Shown here piece after piece: positions 1 through 10,457 of a DNA stretch of 64,000 nucleotides. The DNA is from Promethearchaeota archaeon (lineage in GTDB: Archaea; Asgardarchaeota; Lokiarchaeia; Sigyniarchaeales; SOKP01): positions 992,001 through 1,056,000 of the forward strand of contig JAHPZA010000006.1 of NCBI GenBank assembly GCA_019058445.1. The letters run 5' to 3'. Position 1 is the stretch's first letter; the number at the start of each line of letters is the position of its first letter. A model generated the notes under the pieces. The model did not search any database. It was not told where the DNA came from and was given only the letters and a program-made list of their open reading frames with translations. The position numbers were made by a program, and so were the translations under genes.

Positions 1-564
1 CCTTTTACGGCTCTTATCGGGAAGAGGGGTTTCAAGATAACCTTTTTTCTTCTTTTCGATGTATTCAGGATTATTTTTTATAAACTCTTCTGGATAAAGG
101 AGGGGCATTTCTTTTTCTATCCACTCTTCAGGAGTCTTAGTGGTTTTTCCCGCTAAAAAATCAGTAATTGCTACTGGAGCAAATATAGATCTAGATCCTC
201 CACAATGCGTTCCAGAGAGAATAAGTTTATCAACTTTATTGGGATGATTAAGGACAAGTTCTTGGGCTATCATACCTCCCATTGATAACCCTAATATATG
301 TGCGCGTTCAATCTTTAGAGCTTCCATTAATCCGACCGTGTCATCGGCCATCATGGGAATTGTATAGTCATAATCTGGTTTATCCGTTCTCCCCGCTCCT
401 CTATTATCAAAAATGATTGTTTTAAAATGCTTTGAGACGCCATCTATTAAAAAAGGTGACCAAAACTTAGCAGTACCTGTAAATCCCATTATCAAAACAA
501 GTGGATACCCTTCCCCGTGAATTTCATAATACATATTTAGATCATTCACTTTAACTTTTGGCAA
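1..564 (-). CDS. alpha/beta hydrolase (partial, runs off window start)
   Basis: Not in ORF track. Manual translation from TTG at 564: MPKVKVNDLNMYYEIHGEGYPLVLIMG...FDNRGAGRTDKP...GLSMGGMIAQ, with a GxSxG nucleophile elbow. Confidence 0.9.
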   Translation of the reverse strand, partial: MPKVKVNDLNMYYEIHGEGYPLVLIMGFTGTAKFWSPFLIDGVSKHFKTIIFDNRGAGRTDKPDYDYTIPMMADDTVGLMEALKIERAHILGLSMGGMIAQELVLNHPNKVDKLILSGTHCGGSRSIFAPVAITDFLAGKTTKTPEEWIEKEMPLLYPEEFIKNNPEYIEKKKKGYLETPLPDKSRKR

Positions 565-636
565 TTTCAGCTAACCTAATTATATTTTATTCTATGATTT
601 ATGTGGTTACTATAAAAATTAAAAAATGTTACTAAC

Positions 637-1470
637 TTATTCTAAAGGGAAAAACTTTGGTAAGTCGCCCGGTACTTTCGTTTCCCACTTTGGTTTTTTT
701 TTTTGGATGAAAGACATTACCCCTTCTCTTGCTTCAGGTTGCTTTCCCGTCCATGCATAATATTTATGATCAATTCTTTCAGCCTTATCAATATCAGTTT
801 CGGAGAGGAATTGATAGAGCATTCGTTTTGTGAGAGATACACATACAGGACCACACAATAAGATTTCTTCGGCTATTTCTTTAGCAGTATCCATTAGCTT
901 ATCATCCGGTACGACCCGACTGACAAGTCCATATTCTAAAGCTTCCCTAGCATTAAGAATTCTCCCTGTATACATTAATTCGGCTGCTTTACTGATTCCA
1001 ATGAGGCGAGGTAAAATCCAAGGACATGCAATTTCAGGTACGATACCACGTCGATTAAAGTTGATTCCTATTCGTGCACTTTCAGAAGCTATTCGAATAT
1101 CGAATGGCAGAATCATGGTCACTCCTACTCCAACAGCAGGTCCGTTTATTGCAACTATCACAGGTTTTTTCAGTAAAAAATACCGCTTGATCAAACTACT
1201 TTCACGTTGAATATTTTCTTCATATTCTTTGGGTCGATTTGATCCATCAAAAGTGGTGGCTCCGCCCGATAAATCTGCACCCGCGCAAAATCCTCTGCCT
1301 GCGCCGGTAACTATCAATACTCTAAGATTCGGATCATTTTCTACTTTCATAATTGCATCCCAGAACTCTATTGCCATCTGATAAGTATATGCATTAAGTT
1401 TTTCCGGTCTGTTTAGAGTGATAGTTGCTATTTGATTTGAGCTCTCAAAAATAATTTGTTCGTATTCCAT
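637..1470 (-). CDS. enoyl-CoA hydratase/isomerase (crotonase) family
   Basis: ITLNRPEKLNA, GRGFCAGADL and AINGPAVGVG motifs. Confidence 0.95.
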   Translation of the reverse strand: MEYEQIIFESSNQIATITLNRPEKLNAYTYQMAIEFWDAIMKVENDPNLRVLIVTGAGRGFCAGADLSGGATTFDGSNRPKEYEENIQRESSLIKRYFLLKKPVIVAINGPAVGVGVTMILPFDIRIASESARIGINFNRRGIVPEIACPWILPRLIGISKAAELMYTGRILNAREALEYGLVSRVVPDDKLMDTAKEIAEEILLCGPVCVSLTKRMLYQFLSETDIDKAERIDHKYYAWTGKQPEAREGVMSFIQKKKPKWETKVPGDLPKFFPLE

Positions 1471-1748
1471 TTCTAATATTAACCTCCTATTTTTGAAAAT
1501 TTAATTACTTTAAATTGAATTTATTAGAGATATTTATTCTATTTTGTATAAATATTTTGTTTTGTATTGGAAAAGAGTTTGAACTTAAAACAGCTGGATT
1601 TTATATATAAATGTACAATTTAGAAATTCTTTTAAATGAACCTTCTTTAACTAAAAATTGCCAAGGAATTGTTCATTGAACATTGAACGATTCATGAGAT
1701 CTCTATAAAAAACATATATTTAATAAACCTATCAAAAGGTAATATTAG

Positions 1749-2801
1749 ATGGTAATTGAAACCAAAATTACTGAAATGTTAGGGATTAAACATCCCATCA
1801 TTGCTGCGCCAATGGGTCCTTTTTATACAACCGATTTAACTATTGCAGTTTCAGAAGCCGGTGGTCTTGGGGTATTAAGTCATACCGCGTTATATACCGA
1901 CTATGAAGCGGGAAGGACTCCAATTGAAATAATGAAAAAAAACATGGAATATGTTGTTGAGCATACAGATAAACCTTTCGGGTTTAACATTCGAACTTCA
2001 AGGGTGCAAACAGATGCTCCAGCGCTAGTGAAAGAAATTCCAGAATTCATCATGAATAATCCAAAACTAAAAGAACAATGTGTGTATGCCATTACCAGCG
2101 CAGGATCCTCAAAAACGCTACCGGAATCAAAATCTTTCCAGAAATTAAAAGAGAGTGGCTCGAATATAAAACATTTTCATGTAGCACCAGCTCTTTGGTT
2201 GGCAGATAAATGCATGGCAACAGGAGTGGACGGTATGGTTATAACCGGTAATGAAGGAGGAGGACATCAATCCTATGAAAAAGTTAGCACTCTAGTTTTA
2301 TTACAGCAAGTTGTCCAAAAATATCCAGATATGCCATTAGTAGCATGCGGAGGATTTGCTACAGGTCAAGGTCTTGCAGCCGCCTTATCCATCGGTGCTG
2401 GAGCGATTGCGATGGGCTCGAGATTCATTGCATCAAAAGAAAGTGAATTCAATGAAGCTTATAAGAATGTTGTACCTCCCGCGAAAGCACAAGATACCAT
2501 TATGGTAACTGGGTCTTTAGGTCCAATTAGGCTCTGGAAAAATAAATACTCACTCTCGCGTGGATTGATTGCGGATAAATCAGAGAAAATGGCAGAAGAG
2601 TCCAAAATGACGATGCAAGATACCATAAACGAATTAAAAAAAGGGGAAATGGCTTATAAAGGAAATATCACTGATGGTGCTGTACTTTTAGGTCAGAGTA
2701 TTGGAACTATCAATAGTGTAGAAAAAGTTAGCAAAATCATCGAAAATATAGTTAAGGATGCTGAAAATTATATAAAAAATGCTTCTGCTCAAATTAAATA
2801 A
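1749..2801 (+). CDS. nitronate monooxygenase / FabK-like FMN-dependent enoyl reductase
   Basis: LGIKHPIIAAPMG, VSEAGGLG, GNEGGGH and GAIAMGSRF motifs. Confidence 0.9.
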   Translation: MVIETKITEMLGIKHPIIAAPMGPFYTTDLTIAVSEAGGLGVLSHTALYTDYEAGRTPIEIMKKNMEYVVEHTDKPFGFNIRTSRVQTDAPALVKEIPEFIMNNPKLKEQCVYAITSAGSSKTLPESKSFQKLKESGSNIKHFHVAPALWLADKCMATGVDGMVITGNEGGGHQSYEKVSTLVLLQQVVQKYPDMPLVACGGFATGQGLAAALSIGAGAIAMGSRFIASKESEFNEAYKNVVPPAKAQDTIMVTGSLGPIRLWKNKYSLSRGLIADKSEKMAEESKMTMQDTINELKKGEMAYKGNITDGAVLLGQSIGTINSVEKVSKIIENIVKDAENYIKNASAQIK

Positions 2802-2866
2802 ATCTTCACATTGAAAAATACAAATGATTAAAGGTATCAAAGAAAAGGTAAGAGAAAAAGCTTACT

Positions 2867-4696
2867 CTAAAATTTATATTTCTTTTTTTTTATATTTTCA
2901 TAGATATCTTTTGTTAAAGGGCGGTATTCTGATTCATTGGGCAACATAACATACAAGGGATCGTTTATATTATGAAAGTCAAAGCCCTCCTTTTTCAAAG
3001 TTATTTTCTTAAGTTTAAATGTGGGAGTGATTGCCAGGTTTGCTTTGAAACGTAAAAAAATTGGTATAGCATATGGTGCCAGATCTTTCCTAAATTTATC
3101 AGCTAGTGCATTAAAATTGAATTTTTCCATAGAACAGCTTGGCATAATGGCGGCCATACCTGCACGACCCTCAGTACCAGGTATCTGAACTCCATAGGCC
3201 GATGATATTAAGACTTGATCAAACACATTGAGCACTTCTTCTACCTCTGTCGTAGATACGTTATGCCCTTTCCAGCGAAAGGTATCTCCGAGCCGGTCCA
3301 CAAATTGGGCATGATCACAGCCGAGATCTCTGAGTAAATCGCCTGTATTAAACCAAATATCCCCTTCTTTAAAGACATTATAGAGTAATTTTGCCTCAGT
3401 AGCCTTTTTGTCTGTATATCCGCGGAATTCAGTCATACCCTTACACTCAAAAATGCATAAACCGGTCTCACCAAGCCCAACCCTCTGCATATAACCGTCT
3501 TCTTCTCTAATTGGCTTTTCTGCTTCAGGATCGAATTTAACAATAGCATAAGGAGCGACGCAAGTACCAATAGTACAATCAAAATTAAATAAATTCGCGA
3601 AACCTGCCACATTTTCACTAGCTCCGTATGCTTCGGCAACAATTTCGATGCCAAATCGTTCCTTAAAATCTTTCCATATTTCGGGACGAAGACCGTTCCC
3701 GATAATCGCTCTTATGGAATTTTTTTTGTTATCAGGCATTATAGGTTGATTCATTAAATAACGACAAAATTCTCCGACATATGTAAAGATCGTAGCGTTG
3801 TATTTGCGAATTTCATCCCAGAAACGGCTAGCACTAAATTTTCGGCTTATTGCTAAAGCAGCTCCACTAGCAAATGCAGGGGCCCACCCTAACCACACAG
3901 CAGTTGCATGGTAAAAAGGGAGAGCAACATATACAGTATCATCGGTGGTCGCCTCCGTTATCAAAAGTCCGACGGCATGGCCATTAAAAACTAAAGAGTG
4001 GTGGATTACTGTGGCTGCTTTATATAAACCAGTAGTTCCAGAAGTAAAGAAATACACTATTGGGTCATTAGTTTTAACATTACAAGTAGTAGTAGGATTG
4101 CGGGGCGGATAATCCTTAATTATAAGACTGAGATCGATAAAGCCATCTGGAAGAGGCTTAGAATCTCGATCGGGTGAAAATAATAATATTTGATCGTTCG
4201 ATAAATTGAGCTCGGATTTAACCTTTGTAAATTCATCAATTAACTCCGAGCCAACTATAATGAGTTTTCCTGGAGTAAGGTTCAAGCAATATGCAAGGGT
4301 TTTTTCGCGCAGTTCAGTGTTAATTAATGAGTTTATTGCTCCGATTTTCCCGATCGCGGTAAATGCTATCAATAATTCCGGTCGATTTGTCATAAAGATC
4401 TCAACAATATCACCCTTTTTCAAACCTAAAGAGATAAAATAGTGAGCATAGCGATTAACCTGTTCATTAAATTCTTTATAAGTCAATAAAATATCTTCAA
4501 ATTTGATGGCTATTTTATCAGAATACTCCCGCGCATTCCTCTCAACAATGGTCCCCCATGAGATTTTGTTTTCAATTCCTAGCTTCATAAGGTATTGAAA
4601 GAGGTGACTGTGTTTTCGAAAAAATTCTTTCCTTCTTTTTCTATACTCTTTCTTATCAATAAGATCCTTTCCTTTCAGTTCTGAGTTTTCTGACAA
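2867..4696 (-). CDS. long-chain acyl-CoA synthetase, FATP/VLACS (SLC27/FadD6-like)
   Basis: FTSGTTGLYKAA AMP-binding loop, YGASE, and FATP signature DRLGDTFRWKGHNVST. Confidence 0.93.
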   Translation of the reverse strand: MSENSELKGKDLIDKKEYRKRRKEFFRKHSHLFQYLMKLGIENKISWGTIVERNAREYSDKIAIKFEDILLTYKEFNEQVNRYAHYFISLGLKKGDIVEIFMTNRPELLIAFTAIGKIGAINSLINTELREKTLAYCLNLTPGKLIIVGSELIDEFTKVKSELNLSNDQILLFSPDRDSKPLPDGFIDLSLIIKDYPPRNPTTTCNVKTNDPIVYFFTSGTTGLYKAATVIHHSLVFNGHAVGLLITEATTDDTVYVALPFYHATAVWLGWAPAFASGAALAISRKFSASRFWDEIRKYNATIFTYVGEFCRYLMNQPIMPDNKKNSIRAIIGNGLRPEIWKDFKERFGIEIVAEAYGASENVAGFANLFNFDCTIGTCVAPYAIVKFDPEAEKPIREEDGYMQRVGLGETGLCIFECKGMTEFRGYTDKKATEAKLLYNVFKEGDIWFNTGDLLRDLGCDHAQFVDRLGDTFRWKGHNVSTTEVEEVLNVFDQVLISSAYGVQIPGTEGRAGMAAIMPSCSMEKFNFNALADKFRKDLAPYAIPIFLRFKANLAITPTFKLKKITLKKEGFDFHNINDPLYVMLPNESEYRPLTKDIYENIKKKKYKF

Positions 4697-4778
4697 ATAA
4701 TGCTCCTTACTCTTAATTTATAATACCAAATACAAAGTTTTAAATTCGTCTTAAATAAAAAAAAGTTTTGCTAACAAA

Positions 4779-6599
4779 TTAGAATTTATATTGTCCTTTT
4801 TGAATATTCTCATAGATATCCTTTGTTAATGACTTATATTCTGATTCAAGTGGTGTCAATACGTATATGTGATCCTCGATTTTTTCTATGTCAAAGCCTT
4901 CCTTTTTCAATTGACCTTTTTTAAGTTTAAATGTTGATGTGGTGGATAATTGGGATTTCATTCTGAGAAAAATAGGGACTCCATAAGGAGGGAGGTTTTG
5001 TATTAGTTGTTCTGTGAGTCCCTTTAAGTCAAAATCCCCAACAGAGGAGCTGGGTACAATGGCAGCCATTCCAGCTCGGCCATCAGTACCTGGTATTTGG
5101 ACACCATATACAGTAGATAACATAACCTGCTCAAAACTATTCAGGATTTTTTCTACTTCCGTAGTAGAGATATTATGTCCCTTCCAACGGAATGTATCTC
5201 CAAGGCGATCGACAAATTGGGCATGATCATTTCCAATATCTCTCATTAAATCTCCGGTGTTGAACCACATATCTCCCTTTTCAAAGACATCATGAAAGAC
5301 TTTCGCTTCAGTTGCCTCTTTATCTGTATAACCCCTAAATTCAACATTACCAACAATCTGAAATAATAATAATCCTGATTCGCCAAGACTGACCCTTTCC
5401 ATAAATCCTTCATTGTTCTTGATTGGTGCTTCTACGTCGTGATCATATTTAACTATTGCATAAGAACTTAAACAGCACCCTACAGTACGGTCGAAATTCA
5501 GTAGGTTGGCAAATGATCCTACTGCTTCGGTTGCTGAGTAGTATTCGCCAACTTTTTGGATATTGAACCTTTCTTTAAATTTTGTCCAAATTTCTGGACG
5601 AAGTCCTAAACCAATGACTATTCTCACGGGATTATCAGCATCATCGGGTTTGGGAGGTTGATTCATTAAATATCGGCATATCTCTCCGACATAATTAAAA
5701 GCAGTAGCATTAGATTTGCGAATATCATCCCAAAAATGGTTAATGCTGAATTTTCGTGCAATTGCTAAAGCAGCACCGCCCGCAAATGCAGATGAACAAC
5801 CTACTGCTAATGTATTTGAATGAAATAGCGGAAGTGAAACATACATCGTATCTTCAGAGGTAAATTCCCCAATTGATTCTCCAAATCCATAATAGGCACC
5901 CACTAAAGTGGCATGAGCAAACTTAGTAGCTTTAGGAAATCCGGTTGTGCCAGAAGTAAAGATGTAAGTAATGATGTCTGACGGTTTAACGTCCTTCGTG
6001 GTTAAAGGATTTTCTGTGGGAAATTTCTTGACTTCTTGGGAAAGATCAATAAAATTCTCTGGAATTGATATCAATCCTTGGTCTGGCACAAAATAAAGGA
6101 TTTGATCTTCTGACAAGTCCAATTCAGATTGAACGGCACTAAAACTTTCATAACAATTTTCATCAACAATAATAAGCTTGCCAGGAGTAAGGTTTAAACA
6201 ATGTGCCAATGATTGTTCGCGTAGATCAATATTGATTAAGGATGTAATTGCTCCAATTTTCCCTAGAGCATATACTATCATTAAATATTCTGGACGATTG
6301 GTCATCATTAATTCTACTACATCCCCTTTTTTCATGCCTAAAGAGATGAAATAATGCGCATACCGATTTACCCATTCATTAAATTCTTTATAAGTATATG
6401 TTATATCTTCAAATTTAATAAGAATATTATCAACATATTCTTGCGCATTCCTTTCTATAATAGTTCCCCATGAAATCTTATTCTCCTCTCTAATTTTCAG
6501 TATTTCTGCTAAAGTATTCGCATGTTTTCTAATAAACCTCATACGCCTTTTTCTATACTCTTTATTTGGAATAAGGTCCAAGTCTTTATCTTCTATCAT
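4779..6599 (-). CDS. long-chain acyl-CoA synthetase, FATP/VLACS
   Basis: YIFTSGTTGFPKA and DRLGDTFRWKGHNIST. Start moved to MIEDK (6599) by alignment with the paralogs. Confidence 0.93.
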   Translation of the reverse strand: MIEDKDLDLIPNKEYRKRRMRFIRKHANTLAEILKIREENKISWGTIIERNAQEYVDNILIKFEDITYTYKEFNEWVNRYAHYFISLGMKKGDVVELMMTNRPEYLMIVYALGKIGAITSLINIDLREQSLAHCLNLTPGKLIIVDENCYESFSAVQSELDLSEDQILYFVPDQGLISIPENFIDLSQEVKKFPTENPLTTKDVKPSDIITYIFTSGTTGFPKATKFAHATLVGAYYGFGESIGEFTSEDTMYVSLPLFHSNTLAVGCSSAFAGGAALAIARKFSINHFWDDIRKSNATAFNYVGEICRYLMNQPPKPDDADNPVRIVIGLGLRPEIWTKFKERFNIQKVGEYYSATEAVGSFANLLNFDRTVGCCLSSYAIVKYDHDVEAPIKNNEGFMERVSLGESGLLLFQIVGNVEFRGYTDKEATEAKVFHDVFEKGDMWFNTGDLMRDIGNDHAQFVDRLGDTFRWKGHNISTTEVEKILNSFEQVMLSTVYGVQIPGTDGRAGMAAIVPSSSVGDFDLKGLTEQLIQNLPPYGVPIFLRMKSQLSTTSTFKLKKGQLKKEGFDIEKIEDHIYVLTPLESEYKSLTKDIYENIQKGQYKF

Positions 6600-6696
6600 A
6601 GTTATTACTCCATTAGTTTTGATATTCAAATTTAAATATGTGCTTAGATCCGATTTATTCAAAAAAAATGGTTAGATTTACTATCTCTTTTTCTAA

Positions 6697-6711
6697 TTAT
6701 AAATCTTACAT
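6697..6711 (-). promoter_or_regulatory. BRE-TATA promoter ATGTAAGATTTATAA
   Basis: Exact 15-mer also at 7600-7614 and 9623-9637, each upstream of a minus-strand gene; variant at 16312-16325 upstream of adk. Confidence 0.65.
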
Positions 6712-6822
6712 TCGATGAAATATCCAGAATTAAAGTTTTTGAAACAATCTTTTTGGAAATAGGGAATAATTTGAAAACTTCAAAAAAACTATAAAAGTGG
6801 TTTTTATACAACTTTTATAAAT

Positions 6823-7554
6823 TCATTTCATCTTGGGAATTTGATTACTTTCTAAAAAGGATTTAAGACCCTCTTCTAATTGAACTCCAAAAGAATTAAT
6901 AGCCATAGCTAACATATTATAATTTCCAACAGTAAAGACCAGGTCCATGATCTGGTGCATATTATAGCGTTCAGCCAACGCATTCCATGTTTTATCAGTA
7001 ATAAAAGTGTCTATATAGAGCTCGTCCACCGCTCGGAGTAATGTGGCATCAAAAAGATCCCACCCCACGGCGTCCGGCCCTTCCATAATTCGGTTGATTT
7101 CATCATCAGAGAGAAGCCCATTGTGCTTTGCGCCACGGGCATGCCAACTCCATTCATATTTCGAATAGCAGTGCCATGCGATCCGAAGAATGAGAATCTC
7201 TTTATCTCGTAGGGGTAATGTTGATAAAAATCTCGTATGAATATTGAATGTTGTATATCGCAAATAGAAATCCCTATGTCTAGCCAATGTCTTAACAACA
7301 TTGATTGATGTTTTTTCCCCTAAAATGGGGGTCATCATTTTTTCTCTCTCTGAGAGCAGTTTTGCTAATTTAGCTACATCTGATTTATTAATCGTTGATA
7401 TTGCTGATATTGCTATTTTTCGCTCTTTATCCCTGACTTTAATGAGTTTTTCTCCTTCCAAGGGAGCTATTCTGGGCGTTAAAAGTCGCACACGCTTACC
7501 CAACTCTAATTTTCTTAGATTTTGCTTTTTTTGATTACTCATTACATATTTCAA
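6823..7554 (-). CDS. carboxymuconolactone decarboxylase (CMD/AhpD-like) family protein
   Basis: LPLRDKEILILRIAWHCYSKYEWSWH and LVFTVGNYNMLA; paralog of 13551..14294. Confidence 0.85.
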   Translation of the reverse strand: MKYVMSNQKKQNLRKLELGKRVRLLTPRIAPLEGEKLIKVRDKERKIAISAISTINKSDVAKLAKLLSEREKMMTPILGEKTSINVVKTLARHRDFYLRYTTFNIHTRFLSTLPLRDKEILILRIAWHCYSKYEWSWHARGAKHNGLLSDDEINRIMEGPDAVGWDLFDATLLRAVDELYIDTFITDKTWNALAERYNMHQIMDLVFTVGNYNMLAMAINSFGVQLEEGLKSFLESNQIPKMK

Positions 7555-7690
7555 CTTTTAATTTATCCTTTATTATTTTTTAATTATTGATCACGCAATT
7601 TATAAATCTTACATCCATTTAGATATGAATTGAGAATTCAAGTAAATAAAAATTTAAAAAGAATTAAATAAAAACAATCGAAATTATTAA

Positions 7691-9520
7691 TTAAAACTTA
7701 TATTGTCCATTTAGTATATTATCATAGATCTCCTTTGTCAAAGGTACGTATTCTGCCTTACTTGGCAACATAACATACAAGGGGTCATCTATCATCTCAA
7801 GATCAAAGCCCTCTTTTTTTAACTCCACTTTTTTAAATTTAAATGTCGGGGTGATCGAGAGATTCGATTTAAATCTTAGAAAAATTGGCATAGCATAGGG
7901 AGGGAGATTAATTCTAAAATGATTAGTCAATCCACTAAAATCAAAATGCTCAATTTTAATACTAATTACCACGGAAGCCATTCCTGCCCGTCCATCAGTA
8001 CCCGGTATTTTCACACCATACACAGATGACATTAAAACTGGTTCAAAAACGTTGAGGACTTCTTCTACCTCGGTCGTGGATACATTTTGCGCTTTCCAAC
8101 GAAAAGTATCTCCGATTCGATCAATAAATTGAACATGATTACACCCTTGATCTCTCATTAAATCACCAGTATTGAACCAAGCATCTCCTTCTTTGAAGAC
8201 ATTTCGCAAAATTTTTTTTTCCGTCGCGTTTTTATCAGTATAGCCAACAAAGACAAATTCATTTTGAAGGCCCCAAAGAAGCAAACCCGTATCACCAGGT
8301 TTAACTTTTTGCATGAATCCGTTCTCATTTCTTATTGGCTGTTCTTCATCGAAATCATATGTGACAACCGCATAAGGATTTGAACAATAACCAACAGTAC
8401 AGTCAAAGTTTAAATAATTGGCAAATACAGTACCTGTTTCTGATGCTCCATATATTTCTCCTATCTTATTGATGCCGAATCGTTTTTTAAAATCCATCCA
8501 TATATCCGGGCGGAGACCATTGCCCAAGATCGTTCTCACAGGATTATTTGCATCATCAGGATTGGAAGGCCGATTAATCAGATAACGGCACAATTCTCCG
8601 ACATAACTAAATGCAGATGCATTATATTTACGAATATCATCCCAGAAGTGAGAAACGCTAAATTTACTTCGTATAGCCGTAGCTGCACCGACTCCAAAAG
8701 CTGCTGCCCAAGCTACGCATAATCCGGTAGTATGATATAAAGGAAGTGCAATATACATAGTATCTTCGGGTGTTAATTCCCCCAATAACAGACCAAATAA
8801 ATAATGACTGCCTACCATACGTAAATGGATTAATATTGAAGCTTTCGGTAAACCTGTCGTACCTGATGTGAATACATAAGCAAGTGGATCGGAACCCTTA
8901 ATATTGGAGGTCATTGAAGGATTTTCAGCAGAAAAATCCTTGACAACTTGGCTAAGATCAAGAAATCCATCTGGAATGGGCATTCCACATTGATCTGGTA
9001 AAAAAAGGAGATTCTGCCCTTTTCGTAAATTAAGATCAGGTTTAACATTATTAAAGGCATTAAAACAGTCTTCATCAACTATAAAAACATTTGAGGGATT
9101 AAGTTTTAAAGAATGTGCCAGAGTTCTCTCACGCTGTTCGGTATTGATTAATGAACTAATTGCCCCAATTTTCCCAAGGGCACTAAGGGTGATTAAAAAT
9201 TCAGGGCGATTCATCATCATAAGCTCTACAACATCACCTTTTTTTAAGCCTAATGAAATAAAATAATTCGCATAGCGATTTACCCATTCATTAAATTCTT
9301 TAAAAGTTAACATATTATCTTCAAATTTGATGGCGACATCTTCGGCATATTTTTCTGCATTTCTTTCTACAACTTTTCCCCAGGAAACCTTGTTTTCGGC
9401 AACTATTTTGACGATCTCGGCAACTTCATGGGCATGTTTTTTATTAAATTCCCTCAATTTTTTTCTAAATACTTTCTTATCAATAAGATCCGGTTCTTTC
9501 TGGTTTGGTTCTTCTAACAT
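7691..9520 (-). CDS. long-chain acyl-CoA synthetase, FATP/VLACS
   Basis: YVFTSGTTGLPKAS, YGASE and DRIGDTFRWKAQNVST. Confidence 0.93.
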   Translation of the reverse strand: MLEEPNQKEPDLIDKKVFRKKLREFNKKHAHEVAEIVKIVAENKVSWGKVVERNAEKYAEDVAIKFEDNMLTFKEFNEWVNRYANYFISLGLKKGDVVELMMMNRPEFLITLSALGKIGAISSLINTEQRERTLAHSLKLNPSNVFIVDEDCFNAFNNVKPDLNLRKGQNLLFLPDQCGMPIPDGFLDLSQVVKDFSAENPSMTSNIKGSDPLAYVFTSGTTGLPKASILIHLRMVGSHYLFGLLLGELTPEDTMYIALPLYHTTGLCVAWAAAFGVGAATAIRSKFSVSHFWDDIRKYNASAFSYVGELCRYLINRPSNPDDANNPVRTILGNGLRPDIWMDFKKRFGINKIGEIYGASETGTVFANYLNFDCTVGYCSNPYAVVTYDFDEEQPIRNENGFMQKVKPGDTGLLLWGLQNEFVFVGYTDKNATEKKILRNVFKEGDAWFNTGDLMRDQGCNHVQFIDRIGDTFRWKAQNVSTTEVEEVLNVFEPVLMSSVYGVKIPGTDGRAGMASVVISIKIEHFDFSGLTNHFRINLPPYAMPIFLRFKSNLSITPTFKFKKVELKKEGFDLEMIDDPLYVMLPSKAEYVPLTKEIYDNILNGQYKF

Positions 9521-9690
9521 ATTAAATCCCCTTCTATTTTTTAGTTATTTAAAACAAAATAAATCATTCGATTTCTTAGAATAAAAGAAAATTTTGTTAG
9601 AAAATAAGTAAGAAAATTCCATTTATAAATCTTACATTCATGTTAAAATTCGAATCCAAAATTTTTCAAGAAATTATCTTAAAATGGAGT

Positions 9691-9753
9691 AAATTTGTTC
9701 TAAATAAAATAATGAGAATAAACAAAGTTATAATCTGATTATTTTGTTATGTC
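9691..9753 (-). repeat. degenerate copy of adk 3' end plus terminator
   Basis: aaatttgttctaaataaaataatgagaataaacaaagttataatctgattattttgttatgtc aligns with 14461-14505, 13437-13484 and 15551-15611. Confidence 0.65.
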
Positions 9754-9765
9754 ATTTTTTATTTT

Positions 9766-10380
9766 TCATTCTTGCCCTTGAATAATGAATATGAGCAACC
9801 TCGTTAAAAATTCAATTAATTCATCTTCCGTTTCAAATATAGGCATGATAAACAGATGTCGATGTATTATTGCTTCAAGAAAGGAAAAGAGAAGCATTGA
9901 TTTCTTTAGTATTTTTTCTTGAGGAATATTTTTAAAAAAGTCTAATTTGTGTAATTTAATAACTGAACCTTCCATCATTTCCCTAACTATCTTCTCTTGA
10001 TTGCTAAAAAGTTCTTTATTTGACATCCTAGCTTGATCAAAAGCTTTATATAGTTCAAGATTTTCTCTGTGAGAATTTAAATGGTTTTTTACAATTATTT
10101 TGAATAGCTTAATGGGATTATCTTCCTCAATTTCAGCTAACTGATTGAGATCTAAGATTTTATCGATTGTAAAGTTATAGAATACACTTGCTATTGAGGG
10201 CATTCCTTTAGGAAAATAACGATATATTGTTCCAACACTTATTTGAGCTTTTTTAGCTATATGTCTCGTGCTTACATTGCTATATCCGTATTTATTAATA
10301 AGATCAATGAAAGTTTGGAAAATTCGTTTAATTTTCTCCTCCTTATTTCTAAGAGGTTTCTTCTTTTTTTCTAACATCAA
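9766..10380 (-). CDS. TetR/AcrR family transcriptional regulator
   Basis: N-terminal HTH: GYSNVSTRHIAKKAQISVGTIYRYF. Confidence 0.93.
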   Translation of the reverse strand: MMLEKKKKPLRNKEEKIKRIFQTFIDLINKYGYSNVSTRHIAKKAQISVGTIYRYFPKGMPSIASVFYNFTIDKILDLNQLAEIEEDNPIKLFKIIVKNHLNSHRENLELYKAFDQARMSNKELFSNQEKIVREMMEGSVIKLHKLDFFKNIPQEKILKKSMLLFSFLEAIIHRHLFIMPIFETEDELIEFLTRLLIFIIQGQE

Positions 10381-10389
10381 TTATATATA

Positions 10390-10430
10390 ATGAACAAAGT
10401 TCATAAACTTTTTATATGAACAAAGTTCAT
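10390..10430. promoter_or_regulatory. two identical palindromic operators ATGAAC-AAA-GTTCAT (10390-10404, 10416-10430)
   Basis: Perfect repeats in the 77-bp divergent intergenic region between TetR and a membrane protein gene, overlapping TATA-like elements. Confidence 0.8.
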
Positions 10431-10457
10431 TAACTGTTATAGTCTAAAAATGAAAAA

